A stretch of DNA of 59,711 nt, the filler included. It is 4 parts of 4 records of this genome, joined end to end, with 100 filler letters (N's around TTAATTAATTAA, not from the genome) between each part and the next. Parts side by side here need not be neighbours in the genome. Positions count along the whole stretch, not along the records: positions 31,465 to 43,907 come from SRR31156797_5946; positions 44,008 to 49,962 come from SRR31156797_5962; 2 more parts are not named here. One strand, given 5' to 3'. A program made the position numbers and the translations under genes. The notes under the pieces are model-generated. The model searched no databases, had not been told where the DNA came from, and saw nothing but the letters and a program-made list of their open reading frames with translations. Positions 37,484-47,589 of this stretch are shown piece after piece (positions within the stretch are counted from its first letter, which is position 1; the number at the start of each line of letters is the position of its first letter).

Positions 37484-39151
37484 TTATTTAACTTTGTTTT
37501 TTCTAAGGAAAGCAGAATATTTCATATCACTTTTTCCAATATGGTTTAATAACCATTCTTTTAGGAAATTAAGCAGTTTACTTGAGATCATAATTTCACC
37601 AGTTTCAAGCTGACGTTTGAATTCAAGCATTTCAGCTACGAAATTATCATGTTCCTGCTTATGTACTGCTGAATCGACATATCCTGTTTGTGCAAATATA
37701 TCTTCTTCAAATTTGAAGTGATCCGCAGTATAGTTAATAAGCTCAGCAACTGTGTTATTTAGAATCTGGTTACTCTTACCATCTAACATATGATGATAAA
37801 GGTCGTTGATAATTCTAACCAGATTTTTATGCTGATCATCTATTGATTTGATCTTTACCGAGTATGTTTTGTCCCATTTAATTAAATCTTCTTGAACGAC
37901 ATTTACGTTTTTTGATATTTCGAAATTATTTGTTAAATTCTTAAGTGCATCTGATACTTCTGAAAGACCAGCTGAGTAATTAGTTGATTCCTGTAAAATT
38001 CCGTAAATTCCTTCTATTTCTTCTAACTGCTCATTAGATAATCCACTAATATCGATACTTCTGTTTGCGATTTCATCCATTGCTACATTGATGTCATTTA
38101 CAGCACCTTTTTGCTCATTAACTGAACTGGAGATCTGAGCAATCTCTGAATCAATTACACTAATTTTTTCGATGATTTCATATATTTTATCACTTGTTTT
38201 GTCGTTTACTTCTCTACCTTGTTGAACTTGTTCTCTGGCAACTCCGGCTAATCCTACCAGTTCATTTATTTCATTTTGTACTGCGTGAACTAACTCTTCA
38301 ATCTGAGCAGTTGCTCTAATTGAATCTTCAGCTAGATTTCTAACTGCATCTGCAACTACTGAGAATCCTCTTCCGGCTTCTCCCGCTCTGGCAGCCTCAA
38401 TAGCAGCATTTAATGATAATAGAGTTGTTTGTTCAGTTACTTGGTTAATCATATCTACGATGTCAAAGATTTTTCTCGATGATTCTTTTAACATATCAGC
38501 TTTTTCTTCGATTCTGTTAACGCCACCCTCGATACTTTCAAATCTCTTATTATTTTCTATAATGTTCTTCTCACCATCTTGAGCCAGAACATTTGTATCA
38601 CTTGATAATTGTTTAGTTGTTGCTGCTCTTTCAGCTACTCTATTCATAGCTTCCGAGATTTCAGTTACGTTTGCAGCAGCTTCTTCAGAGTGTGCAGTTT
38701 GCTTATTTACATTATCTAAGATATAGTCCATTTTATCTTTTAAGAAAGTAAGATGATTATCATCCCTAGGGTTATTTAAAATATCTCTTAAATTTTCAGA
38801 TAAGCTAATTGATGATGCTGCAACTCTTTCACTTACTTGATTCATCTTAACGATAATCTGCTCTAAACTATTCATGAACTCAAGTAAACTCCCTAGAATA
38901 ATACTGTTTGGAGTATCTTCAGCGATTGCTTTTGCTTTTAAGATTTTTCCTTTACTTAATAATTCAAATACTTCACTTATTTTAGCTAAGATATTTAGTT
39001 TTACATTAAAGAATATTAATGCCCCAACCCCGTTTATTATTAAAGCAATAATTAGAGCAATTATTTTATTCGGTATGAAGTAGAATAATACACTCGTTAT
39101 TGCTGTTACGAGTATTGGTAATAATTGTATTGCAATTTTCAATGCGTTCAT
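37484..39151 (-). CDS. Methyl-accepting chemotaxis protein with C-terminal hemerythrin domain (DcrH-like)
   Basis: [27 protein letters not shown]. Hemerythrin ligand pattern IDDQH, HFKFEE, HKQEH and [10 protein letters not shown]. Confidence 0.92.
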   Translation of the reverse strand: MNALKIAIQLLPILVTAITSVLFYFIPNKIIALIIALIINGVGALIFFNVKLNILAKISEVFELLSKGKILKAKAIAEDTPNSIILGSLLEFMNSLEQIIVKMNQVSERVAASSISLSENLRDILNNPRDDNHLTFLKDKMDYILDNVNKQTAHSEEAAANVTEISEAMNRVAERAATTKQLSSDTNVLAQDGEKNIIENNKRFESIEGGVNRIEEKADMLKESSRKIFDIVDMINQVTEQTTLLSLNAAIEAARAGEAGRGFSVVADAVRNLAEDSIRATAQIEELVHAVQNEINELVGLAGVAREQVQQGREVNDKTSDKIYEIIEKISVIDSEIAQISSSVNEQKGAVNDINVAMDEIANRSIDISGLSNEQLEEIEGIYGILQESTNYSAGLSEVSDALKNLTNNFEISKNVNVVQEDLIKWDKTYSVKIKSIDDQHKNLVRIINDLYHHMLDGKSNQILNNTVAELINYTADHFKFEEDIFAQTGYVDSAVHKQEHDNFVAEMLEFKRQLETGEIMISSKLLNFLKEWLLNHIGKSDMKYSAFLRKNKVK

Positions 39152-39300
39152 AAAAACTCCTCCTCATTATTTGTTCCCTACTTCAATTATATATAAAATT
39201 TAGTGAAAATGAAAGTAAAAGTTTATTAATTTAATAGAATAATTTATCTTGAAGCTTAACGAAACAACTTAAATATGATAAAATGTTATATTAGTGACTA

Positions 39301-39717
39301 TTGATTTTAGAGGAGAAAATTTTGAATACAGGAGATAGAACAGAATTAGTGCAAAAAAATTTTAAACAAACGAAAAATTGCGCAGAGGCTATTTTACTTA
39401 CTTTTGAAAATGAAATAGATATGAAACCTGTTGAAATTAAAGCTATGACAGCGGGTTTTGAGAGAGGAATGTTTGTATCAGATACATGTGGTATTGTCAC
39501 GGGAGCAGTAATGTTGTTAGGTTTTGTATTTAATGATGATAGCATTATGCAGATATTGAATAAAAGAAGAGTAGGTAAAAGGGTTCAGAAATTTATGAAT
39601 GAATTCAAAGAAACGAATAAATCACTGAACTGTAAGGAGCTAAAAAAAACACATAAATCGAACTGTAACGACCTACTTGTGGAAGCGGTAAAAATCTTAG
39701 AAAAAATAATTAATTAA
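39301..39717 (+). CDS. C-GCAxxG-C-C family putative redox protein
   Basis: NCAEA, TCGIVTGA, SLNCKEL and NC..V pattern. Confidence 0.78.
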   Translation: MILEEKILNTGDRTELVQKNFKQTKNCAEAILLTFENEIDMKPVEIKAMTAGFERGMFVSDTCGIVTGAVMLLGFVFNDDSIMQILNKRRVGKRVQKFMNEFKETNKSLNCKELKKTHKSNCNDLLVEAVKILEKIIN

Positions 39718-39790
39718 TATTTATAAAAAAACTATTAAGTTCTGCCGATACTAAAGAAAAGTATATAAATAATTTGAACGGGTGATTTGT

Positions 39791-40531
39791 GTGTACAGTC
39801 AAAGATACGGATTGAAAAGTTTTGTTTTTCAGAAAATGATAGAAGCGTTTAAAAAGTTTCCACAAATCAAAGAGGTAAGTATTTTTGGATCAAGATCTAG
39901 AGGTGATTACAAAAAGAATTCCGATATTGATTTGGCAGTAAGTTTCAAAGAACAAGGTGAAAAAGTAATTTACCAGGTTATCGAGGAGCTTTCTAATATA
40001 GATACTATTCTTAGCTTCGATGTTCTTGATAAAGAGAAAATTAAGAACGTAAGATTATGGGAATACCTTGAAGAAGAGGGAGAAGTAATCTATAAAACCA
40101 ATAAAAATGGAGAAGCGATCGTTGATAGAGTTCAATTATCTCAACAGCTGGTATCCTTTTCCAATGCTATTGATGCATTATTAGAAGCAGTAGATATGGA
40201 AGCAGAAGATAATACTATTATTCTCGATGGTATAATTAAAAGATTTGAGTACTCATACGAGCTTGCATGGCGACTTATGAGAGCTTATCTGGAGTACAAA
40301 GGTGAAGCTGATATTAGTGATGCTAAGAGCAGTATCAGGCAGGCGTATAAGAATGAGATCGTTGAAAATGGAGAAGAGTGGTTAAATATGCTTCTTGACA
40401 GAAATAAAGTCATATTTATGGGAAGTAAAGAGCAAAAATTAAAAGTGTATCTCAATATTAGAGAAACATATATCGCACTTTTAAATTCACTCTATATTCA
40501 GATGGAAAAGCTATTAAATGTAAAAAAATAA
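39791..40531 (+). CDS. Fusion of minimal nucleotidyltransferase (MNT) and HEPN/NTase substrate-binding (HI0074-like) domains
   Basis: GSX10DXD (GSRSRGDYKKNSDID). Second half reads DGIIKRFEYSYELAW...W..ML.DRN. GTG 39791 after GGTGA is preferred over 39782. Confidence 0.85.
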   Translation: MYSQRYGLKSFVFQKMIEAFKKFPQIKEVSIFGSRSRGDYKKNSDIDLAVSFKEQGEKVIYQVIEELSNIDTILSFDVLDKEKIKNVRLWEYLEEEGEVIYKTNKNGEAIVDRVQLSQQLVSFSNAIDALLEAVDMEAEDNTIILDGIIKRFEYSYELAWRLMRAYLEYKGEADISDAKSSIRQAYKNEIVENGEEWLNMLLDRNKVIFMGSKEQKLKVYLNIRETYIALLNSLYIQMEKLLNVKK

Positions 40532-40538
40532 AAATTAG

Positions 40539-40573
40539 AAGCTGAATCACATTAACGATTCAGCTTTTATTTT
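40539..40573 (+). terminator. Rho-independent terminator
   Basis: AAGCTGAATC-N8-GATTCAGCTT followed by a T-rich tail. Confidence 0.75.
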
Positions 40574-40759
40574 ACACAAAAACTTGACTTTCTTTTATTA
40601 TTTTTTGTAAAATATAAAAACTAAAAAAGGAAATGAGGATTTATGTAGTAAGTTATATAGTTGGGATTCTTTAAATGTTAATTAATTAAATTTATTAACA
40701 ATTTTATAATATATTCTCGACTTATACAAAAAAACGAGCTTTTTTCATTGGAGGATAAG

Positions 40760-42139
40760 ATGAGGAAAACAACAATAGTAAATAATACTATGCGTTATGT
40801 TGCTATAATGATAATTATAACAGCATTTTGTGTAGGTTATTTTTGGATATACAGGGAGTATGTGAATTTTCGTAATGAAACTGCTTCTTTGAGAGCTGAA
40901 TTAACCAATAGAGAGAAAGTACTCTTAAAAAAACAGGTTAATAGAGCAGTAAGTTTTATAGAGTTAAAAAGATCAAAAGCTAAATCAATTTTAATTAATG
41001 AAGTTCAAAAAAGAACAACGGATCATTACAATCTAATAAAAAGAATTTATCAAATAGGCAAAAACTCCAATATTTCTGATAAGCAAATTAAGACAAATAT
41101 TCTTGAATTATTGGATAAAATGGAAGCATCTGATAAGAGAGGAAAAATATTTGTTATTAACGGTAATGGAAAAAATCTATTAAAGCCTGATGAAAAAGTT
41201 CAAGAGAATGTTCTGAAAAAAATTAAAACATTTAAATATACAAATAGTGGATATATTTTTTTAACAAATGAAAATTTAAAAAATCGAAAAGAAAAAATCG
41301 AGAGTGTTATCTTTGTAAGGAAATTTAATGAGTTTGACTGGTATATTGGTTCGGAAGAATATCTAGATACTATTGAAAATGAGATAATAAAAGAAGTAAA
41401 AGAGTATATAACATCTATTAGATATGGTGAAGATGATGATCAATATATATTTGTAACTAATCATGAAGGCGTGGAAGTTACTAATGGTAGATTCCCTGAG
41501 ATAGTAGGTAAAAGCATCTATGAATTAGAGGGAATAGAAAACGTATCTGCATTGGAAGAGGGGATAAAACAAGCAAAAACAGAAGGAAGCGGTTATATTA
41601 CCCAGAGTTGGTATAGTACGAATACAAATGAACTGTCAAAGAAGTTAAGTTATATATATAACTTTGAAGAGTGGGGCTGGATAATTGGATCAGGTGTTTA
41701 TCTGGATCAGATAGAGAAAAAAATTATGCAGCAGAAAGAAGAACTCGTTGATAATATTAAAGTAAAAACGGTTTACATATTTGGAATATCTATTTTGATA
41801 TTTAGTATTAATATGATTATTCTTAAATTAATCTCAGTAAAATTAGAGCAGGATTTTGATCTTTTTGGTGATTTCTTTAAGAGATCACTTAGTACTTATG
41901 AAGAGATAAATATAGATAATATAAGATATGATGAGTTTAAAAAGTTAGCAGATTCAGCGAATAAAATGATTAATGATAAAAAGAAACTTGATAAAGAAGT
42001 AAAAAATATGAATGAAAATCTGAGAAAAGCCTTACTTGATAGAAATGAAAAACTAGAAAATATAAGTAAAAATATCTCAAAACTTGTTGATATTAAGAGT
42101 ACAACACCTTTTGAGTCTAATCCGGATCAAAATAAATAA
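40760..42139 (+). CDS. Membrane protein with tandem Cache domains and no output domain
   Basis: TM, two Cache-2-like repeats (ending DWYIGSEEY and GWIIGSGVY; RYGE..QYIFV), TM, then a short HAMP-like or coiled tail. GGAGG RBS before ATG 40760. Confidence 0.78.
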   Translation: MRKTTIVNNTMRYVAIMIIITAFCVGYFWIYREYVNFRNETASLRAELTNREKVLLKKQVNRAVSFIELKRSKAKSILINEVQKRTTDHYNLIKRIYQIGKNSNISDKQIKTNILELLDKMEASDKRGKIFVINGNGKNLLKPDEKVQENVLKKIKTFKYTNSGYIFLTNENLKNRKEKIESVIFVRKFNEFDWYIGSEEYLDTIENEIIKEVKEYITSIRYGEDDDQYIFVTNHEGVEVTNGRFPEIVGKSIYELEGIENVSALEEGIKQAKTEGSGYITQSWYSTNTNELSKKLSYIYNFEEWGWIIGSGVYLDQIEKKIMQQKEELVDNIKVKTVYIFGISILIFSINMIILKLISVKLEQDFDLFGDFFKRSLSTYEEINIDNIRYDEFKKLADSANKMINDKKKLDKEVKNMNENLRKALLDRNEKLENISKNISKLVDIKSTTPFESNPDQNK

Positions 42140-42152
42140 GAAAACAAATTAT

Positions 42153-42194
42153 AAAAACTCTCATGCAGAATAAATCTGTATGAGAGTTTTTTTT
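42153..42194. terminator. Bidirectional Rho-independent terminator
   Basis: AAAAACTCTCATGCAGA-ATAAA-TCTGTATGAGAGTTTTTTTT. Confidence 0.8.
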
Positions 42195-42197
42195 ATT

Positions 42198-43046
42198 TTA
42201 AAATAATTTTTTATTTTCTCTAAATAGATCAATCATCTCTCCTGCGATAGAGATATCACCTGGGATATTAGGAAGCTCATCTCTTGAGAACCACTTACCA
42301 TCAACTAATTCCTCCTGATCAATTATAAGTTCTTCATCTCCATTATATTTTGCGAAGAATCCGATCATCATAGATGATGATAATGCCCAAGGCTGGCTTT
42401 TGTAATATTTAATATCATCAAGCTGAAGAGTTATCCCTGTCTCCTCCTTGACTTCTCTTACAACAGTTTCCTCAAGAGTTTCACCCGGTTCTGTAAAACC
42501 TGCAACGATGCTATAAAATAGTCCTTGATAAGCTTTTCCTTCAACTAGAAGAATTTCATCATTTTTATTAATTATTCCCACTATTACAGCCGGAGATATT
42601 TTTGGATAGATTATATTTCCGCAATTTGGGCAAGAGAATGCTCTTTCATTTTCTTTTTTTTCAAGAGGAGTAGCACATCTGCTACAGAATTTATTATTAT
42701 CATGCCACTTAAATAGTTCATCAGCTAAACTGATAATCCATCTGTTAAGTTTAGGCAAATTATTAATTATGTATCTCATATCCTTCTCTGTATACATGGT
42801 ATCTATTTCTGAGATATTTTCATATGAAGAGATAAAGTAATTTTGATTGTTTGAACTACCTAATAATTCAAGTTTTGATTTATCTTTGATTTTTAACTCT
42901 TTAGATTGTGGAATATGCAGCTCATTATTAATCTCTTTTAAGACAGCATTTCCATTATTAAAAATAACTACATAATCATTTTCTTTTATTTCTGTTTTAT
43001 AACTATATAACCTATCAAATTTTTCAGGAAAAATATCTTGAATCAT
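42198..43046 (-). CDS. nudC: NAD(+) diphosphatase NudC
   Basis: Zn ribbon FCSRC..CPNC, YPKISPA, Nudix box AGFTEPGETLEETVVREVKEETG and SQPW. Confidence 0.93.
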   Translation of the reverse strand: MIQDIFPEKFDRLYSYKTEIKENDYVVIFNNGNAVLKEINNELHIPQSKELKIKDKSKLELLGSSNNQNYFISSYENISEIDTMYTEKDMRYIINNLPKLNRWIISLADELFKWHDNNKFCSRCATPLEKKENERAFSCPNCGNIIYPKISPAVIVGIINKNDEILLVEGKAYQGLFYSIVAGFTEPGETLEETVVREVKEETGITLQLDDIKYYKSQPWALSSSMMIGFFAKYNGDEELIIDQEELVDGKWFSRDELPNIPGDISIAGEMIDLFRENKKLF

Positions 43047-43141
43047 AGTAACCTCCGTAATTTAAGTGCATTTGCAAAGATATAAAAGTTTGTATATACA
43101 ATTATAACATAGAAATTATTACTTAAATAGAGAAAATAAAA

Positions 43142-43175
43142 AGAAGCCATTTTTATTTAATTAAAAATGGCTTCT
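43142..43175 (-). terminator. Rho-independent terminator of the helicase gene
   Basis: AGAAGCCATTTTTA...TAAAAATGGCTTCT. Confidence 0.72.
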
Positions 43176-43190
43176 AAAAAATTATTATTA

Positions 43191-43907
43191 TTATACTTTT
43201 GCGTTAGCTTTTTCTACGTTGATTTTTTGTCCTTTAACTCTAGACTTATTAAGTTTTTTGATAACTTTATCAGCGTGTTTATTATCAACTTCTACAAATG
43301 AGAATTTTTCGTAGATATCAATTGATCCTACATTTTTACCTTTAACACTACACTCACCAGTAATTGCTCCTAGGATATCTCCAGGATTTACTCTTGAGTT
43401 TCTACCTAGATTCATGTAGATTCTAGTCATATTTTCAGGAGTTTTTCTATCTCTTCTATCTCCTCTGTCTCTACCTCTACCTCTATCGTTTCTATCCCCT
43501 CTGTCTCTACCTCTACCTCTGTCATTTCTATCTCTACTATCTCTGCCTCTGTTTGTTTCATTTACATCCTCATTATCAATAGCTTTGTTTGTAAGTTCAA
43601 GAGAGTTTTTCATTAGAGCAGCTGCGATATCATCGATGCTATTTCCTTGCTCAACTAAGTTAAGCAGTACTGCTTTATATTTATCTAAATCTTCAGTTTC
43701 GATTGTTTTAACTAAAGTATTGCTAAAGTGCTCAATTTTTTTAGTGTGTACATCTGCACCAGATGGTACGTCAACTTTATCGATTTTCTTTTTGATATAG
43801 TATTCGATTCTTCTTAGTCTTGAGAAATCAGATTTCGTTACGATCGATACTGACATTCCCTCTTTACCGGCTCTTCCACTTCTACCGATTCTATGTACGT
43901 AGTTATC
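43191..43907 (-). CDS. deaD: DEAD-box RNA helicase (DeaD/CsdA-like), C-terminal part with DbpA-type RNA-binding domain (5' truncated)
   Basis: Motif VI YVHRIGRSGRAG at the contig edge, then PGDILGAI..VGSIDI..FSFVEV. Confidence 0.85.
   Translation of the reverse strand, partial: DNYVHRIGRSGRAGKEGMSVSIVTKSDFSRLRRIEYYIKKKIDKVDVPSGADVHTKKIEHFSNTLVKTIETEDLDKYKAVLLNLVEQGNSIDDIAAALMKNSLELTNKAIDNEDVNETNRGRDSRDRNDRGRGRDRGDRNDRGRGRDRGDRRDRKTPENMTRIYMNLGRNSRVNPGDILGAITGECSVKGKNVGSIDIYEKFSFVEVDNKHADKVIKKLNKSRVKGQKINVEKANAKV
43455..43526 (-). repeat. In-frame 36-bp tandem duplication encoding (NDRGRGRDRGDR)x2
   Basis: Two units, 33/36 identical, in the helicase's low-complexity linker. Confidence 0.85.
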
Positions 43908-44007
43908 NNNNNNNNNNNNNNNNNNNNNNNNNNNNNNNNNNNNNNNNNNNNTTAATTAATTAANNNNNNNNNNNNNNNNNNNNNNNNNNNNNNNNNNNNN
44001 NNNNNNN
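43908..44007. other. Artificial contig linker
   Basis: N44-TTAATTAATTAA-N44, with an abrupt switch from AT-rich to GC-rich sequence. Confidence 0.98.
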
Positions 44008-44068
44008 CCCTCTCCGCCCCCGGGGGCGGAGAGGGGGAACCCGCGTCAGCGGGAGGGTGAGGTGGGGG
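44008..44068. repeat. REP-like palindromic element at the contig end
   Basis: Perfect 28-bp palindrome CCCTCTCCGCCCCC/GGGGGCGGAGAGGG, a second hairpin CCCGC-GTCA-GCGGG, then GGGTGAGG. Confidence 0.65.
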
Positions 44069-44219
44069 ATTTGCGCCATATTTTTGCAAACAGGCCCGGT
44101 TAACTCCTCTGGCCTAGCCTTCGTTTTAGGTGTGGCCGTTCGATGGACTTGCGCGGAACGTCGCCCCCGGCTATCACGGCGTCAAAAGCAACCATGCGAA
44201 CCGTCCAGGAAATGAAGCC

Positions 44220-44861
44220 GTGAGCCCCAACCCCTGCCGCCTCTATCTGATCACGCCGCCAAAAATCGACGTCCCCGCCTTCGCCGATACTCTTTCCAGC
44301 GCACTTGATGCCGGCGACGTCGCCTGTCTTCAGATCCGCCTGAAGGAGATGACCGACGACGACGTGCGCCGCGCCACCGAGGTCATTCTTCCCATCGCGC
44401 AGGATCGCGACGTCGCCGTTCTGATGAACGACCGGCCCGATCTGGCCGCCGAACTGGGATGCGACGGCACCCATGTCGGCCAGGAGGACGGGACCTACGA
44501 TCAGGCCCGCCGGACCGTCGGGCGCGACGGCATCGTCGGCGTCACCTGTCACGATTCCCGCGACCTGGCCATCGATGCGGCCGAGAAAGGCGCCGACTAC
44601 GTCGCCTTCGGGGCCTTCTTTCCGACCGGCACCAAGGTCCCGAAGGCGTCCGCCCAACCCGACATCCTGGAATGGTGGAGCCAACTGACCACCGTACCCT
44701 GCGTCGCCATCGGCGGCATCACGGTCGATAACTGCGCCAGCCTGATCGACGCCGGGGCCGATTTCCTGGCCGTCGTCGGCGGCATCTGGAACCACCCCGA
44801 CGGCCCGGCGGCAGCCGTGCAGGCGTTCAATCAAATCGCCGCCGAGCGGGGCCGCGGCTGA
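44220..44861 (+). CDS. thiE: Thiamine phosphate synthase family protein
   Basis: [40 protein letters not shown] and VAIGGI. Probable GTG start at 44220. Confidence 0.88.
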   Translation: MSPNPCRLYLITPPKIDVPAFADTLSSALDAGDVACLQIRLKEMTDDDVRRATEVILPIAQDRDVAVLMNDRPDLAAELGCDGTHVGQEDGTYDQARRTVGRDGIVGVTCHDSRDLAIDAAEKGADYVAFGAFFPTGTKVPKASAQPDILEWWSQLTTVPCVAIGGITVDNCASLIDAGADFLAVVGGIWNHPDGPAAAVQAFNQIAAERGRG

Positions 44862-44958
44862 ACCGACGGTTGACGTTGCCTTGCCGCGGCCAAGCTGATA
44901 GGTTCCGCGCCGCGATCACCATCGATCCAACTTTTGCATCCCGAATACGGTTAAAATC

Positions 44959-45528
44959 ATGAAGATGAATGGAAACGCCATCCGGCCCGGGATGGTAATC
45001 GAGCATCAGGACCGCCTTTGGCGCGCCGTCAAGATCCAGCACACCCAGCCCGGCAAGGGCGGTGCCTACCTGCAGGTCGAACTGAAGGACATCCGCGACG
45101 GCACCAAGCTGAACGAACGCTTCCGGTCGGCCGAAACGGTCGAACGTGTCCGCTTGGAGCAGAAGGAATATCAGTTCCTGTTCTCCGACGGCGACATGTA
45201 CACGTTCATGGACAATCAGACCTACGACCAGGTCTCGCTCAATGGCGATCTGATCGGCGAGGAACAGATCCCGTTCCTGCAGGAAAACATGAACGTGATG
45301 ATCGAATCCTACGAAGGCAGCCCGCTCGCCCTGCAATTGCCGGATACGGCCACCTTCGAGGTCGTCGAGGCCGACGCCGTCGTCAAGGGACAGACCGCGG
45401 CTTCATCCTACAAGCCGGCGATGCTGGACAACGGGGTCCGCATCATGGTGCCGCCGCACATCGAAACCGGCACCCGGGTCGTCGTCAGCACGGCCGACCG
45501 CACCTACGTCGAACGCGCCAAAGACTGA
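44959..45528 (+). CDS. efp: Elongation factor P (PGKG, Lys type)
   Basis: HTQPGKGGAY, FMD..TYDQ, KGQTA, KPA.L.NG..VP and YVERA. Confidence 0.97.
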   Translation: MKMNGNAIRPGMVIEHQDRLWRAVKIQHTQPGKGGAYLQVELKDIRDGTKLNERFRSAETVERVRLEQKEYQFLFSDGDMYTFMDNQTYDQVSLNGDLIGEEQIPFLQENMNVMIESYEGSPLALQLPDTATFEVVEADAVVKGQTAASSYKPAMLDNGVRIMVPPHIETGTRVVVSTADRTYVERAKD

Positions 45529-45538
45529 TCGCCGGGAA

Positions 45539-46345
45539 ATGGCAGTCCGATCGGCACTCCTTAACGTCATGATCGCCGCTGTGCAAAAGGCGGCGCGTCA
45601 TTTGGTCCGCGATTTCGGCGAGGTCGAAAATCTGCAGGTATCCCGCAAGGGACCGGCCGATTTCGTCAGCACCGCCGACAAACGGTCGGAACGGATTTTA
45701 CGGGCCGAATTGAGCAAGGCGCGGCCGGGATACGGCTTCCTTATGGAGGAATCCGGCGCCGTCGAGGGAACCGACACCTCGAACCGCTGGCTGGTCGATC
45801 CGCTCGACGGCACCACCAACTTTCTGCACGGCATTCCCCACTTCTCCATATCGGTGGCGCTGGAACGCGACAACGACCTGTTCGCCGGCGTCGTCTACGA
45901 TCCCATCTCCGATGAAATGTATTGGGCCGACAAGGGCAACGGAGCCTTCCTGAACGGCCGGCGGCTGCGCGTTTCCGGGCGCTCCAACCTGACCGACGCC
46001 CTGTTCGCGACCGGCATTCCGTTCAAGGGCCGGGAAGAGTTCGATCCGTTCATCGATCAGTTGGACGCGGTCATGCGGGAATGTTCCGGCATCCGCCGGA
46101 TGGGGTCGGCGGCGCTCGATCTCGCCTATGTCGCGGCCGGCCGCTTCGAGGGCTACTGGGAAACCGGGGTCTTTCCGTGGGACGTCGCCGCCGGCGCCGT
46201 CCTGGTTCGCGAAGCCGGTGGATTCGTCGGTGCGCTGGACGGCCGCAAGGACTTCCTTGCGCAGGGCAATATTCTGGCGGCGACGCCGGATATCCATGAC
46301 GGGCTTGCCAAAATTCTGCGCTCCGGGCGGGCGGGAAAGCCCTGA
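45539..46345 (+). CDS. suhB: Inositol monophosphatase family protein SuhB
   Basis: DFVSTAD, MEE, WLVDPLDGTTNF, GSAALDLAYVAAGR and WDVAAG. Confidence 0.92.
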   Translation: MAVRSALLNVMIAAVQKAARHLVRDFGEVENLQVSRKGPADFVSTADKRSERILRAELSKARPGYGFLMEESGAVEGTDTSNRWLVDPLDGTTNFLHGIPHFSISVALERDNDLFAGVVYDPISDEMYWADKGNGAFLNGRRLRVSGRSNLTDALFATGIPFKGREEFDPFIDQLDAVMRECSGIRRMGSAALDLAYVAAGRFEGYWETGVFPWDVAAGAVLVREAGGFVGALDGRKDFLAQGNILAATPDIHDGLAKILRSGRAGKP

Positions 46346-46488
46346 TCTGCCCCTCGATTGTCGTTGTTTTCCAAGCAGCAAACCGGTTGTGTGCGCTCGT
46401 CCCCTTAGTTATGGTGGCAAAGCTGTCTTAGCGTGATTTCCCATGGGACGCTTTGGCATTGTTTGGTCGTCTGGGGGAGCGAAACATC

Positions 46489-47550
46489 ATGAAGTCGAGA
46501 CGTGCGATCCGGTTTGCCACATTCGGTATGTCGGTATCGGCGCTGGCGTTTATTTCCGGTGTCGTCGGCGGATCCGGTGCGTTGGCGCAGGTATCCGGTT
46601 TTTACGAAAGTGACAACCCCTACGTCACTGTCGATTTGAGCGTCCTCGGGAATGGCGCCGCCGCCAGCGGCCCGATTATGGGCGCCAAGTCCTTCGCGTC
46701 CGGATTTTCCGGAAATCTGTTGGTTCCCGGACCGACACCGCCCTTATCTCAGCTTCATGTTTCGCCGCAGTCCGGAGCCGGAAGCCTGCCGGTGCCGGCC
46801 AAGCGCCGGATTGCAATGACCCCGACCGAGGGTCCGAGCCTGCCGCCGGAGCAGCCGCCGGTTTCGACCGTAAACATTCCGGGCGCGCAACTACCGCCAC
46901 CGGCCAAACCCGAAACGGTTCCGATGAAGGCGGCGTCGATGCCCGAACCGGCACCGGCCCCGGAAGCACCGCCGGCCCCCGCCGTTGTTGCCACGGCACC
47001 ACAGATGCCGGCCAAGGCGCCGGCCAAGCAACCGGAAAAACCGGCCGCGGCCGTGCCCGCAAAGGCAGCGCAACCGGCTGACGACGCGCCGCCGCCGCCG
47101 CCCAGCGTGGAAGCTCCGGAACCGGCGCCCGCACCACCGGCCGACGCTTCGGAACCGGCGAAGACGGCCGCCGCCGAAGGCCAACCCGAAGCAAAACAAC
47201 AGGCCGCCCTGCCGCCGGCGGGAGCGACGGGCGAGCCCGGAAAGTCGCTGCAGGTCGTTTTCGAAGCCAGCGCTTCGAAGCTGCCGGAAAACGCGCGCGA
47301 CAGCCTGCAGGAAATGGTCGCCTCGATCATCGATCAGGGCAACCTGCGCCTGCAGCTTCTGGCCTATGCCGGCGGCGAATCCCTGTCGTCGAGCAAGGCC
47401 CGGAGGCTGTCGCTATCGCGGGCGCTGGCGGTTCGATCCTTTTTGATCGAAAACGGGCTGCGCAGCACCCGCATCGACGTTCGGGCACTTGGCAACAAGA
47501 CCGCCGAAGAACCGTCGAACCGCGTCGACATCAATGTCGTCGAACGATGA
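46489..47550 (+). CDS. Exported Pro/Ala-rich protein with C-terminal OmpA-like domain
   Basis: Signal peptide ending ALA-Q, a long P/A/E/K linker, then LSLSRALAVRSFL..G....RI...ALG...NRVDI. GGGGGAG RBS before ATG 46489. Confidence 0.8.
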   Translation: MKSRRAIRFATFGMSVSALAFISGVVGGSGALAQVSGFYESDNPYVTVDLSVLGNGAAASGPIMGAKSFASGFSGNLLVPGPTPPLSQLHVSPQSGAGSLPVPAKRRIAMTPTEGPSLPPEQPPVSTVNIPGAQLPPPAKPETVPMKAASMPEPAPAPEAPPAPAVVATAPQMPAKAPAKQPEKPAAAVPAKAAQPADDAPPPPPSVEAPEPAPAPPADASEPAKTAAAEGQPEAKQQAALPPAGATGEPGKSLQVVFEASASKLPENARDSLQEMVASIIDQGNLRLQLLAYAGGESLSSSKARRLSLSRALAVRSFLIENGLRSTRIDVRALGNKTAEEPSNRVDINVVER

Positions 47551-47589
47551 CGACGGCCATATTGAAAACAGCTTGAAGACCGCCCGATC

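Noticed and set aside
43455..43526. Tandem repeat considered as CRISPR or VNTR element
   Set aside because: Only two in-frame units with no spacers, inside the ordinary R/G/D-rich helicase linker.
3882..43800. Short opposite-strand ORFs in the AT-rich contigs (e.g. 3882-4079, 10093-10434, 12714-13124, 14413-14823, 33911-34234)
   Set aside because: They are antisense shadows of well-supported genes, rich in F/S/I, with no motifs.
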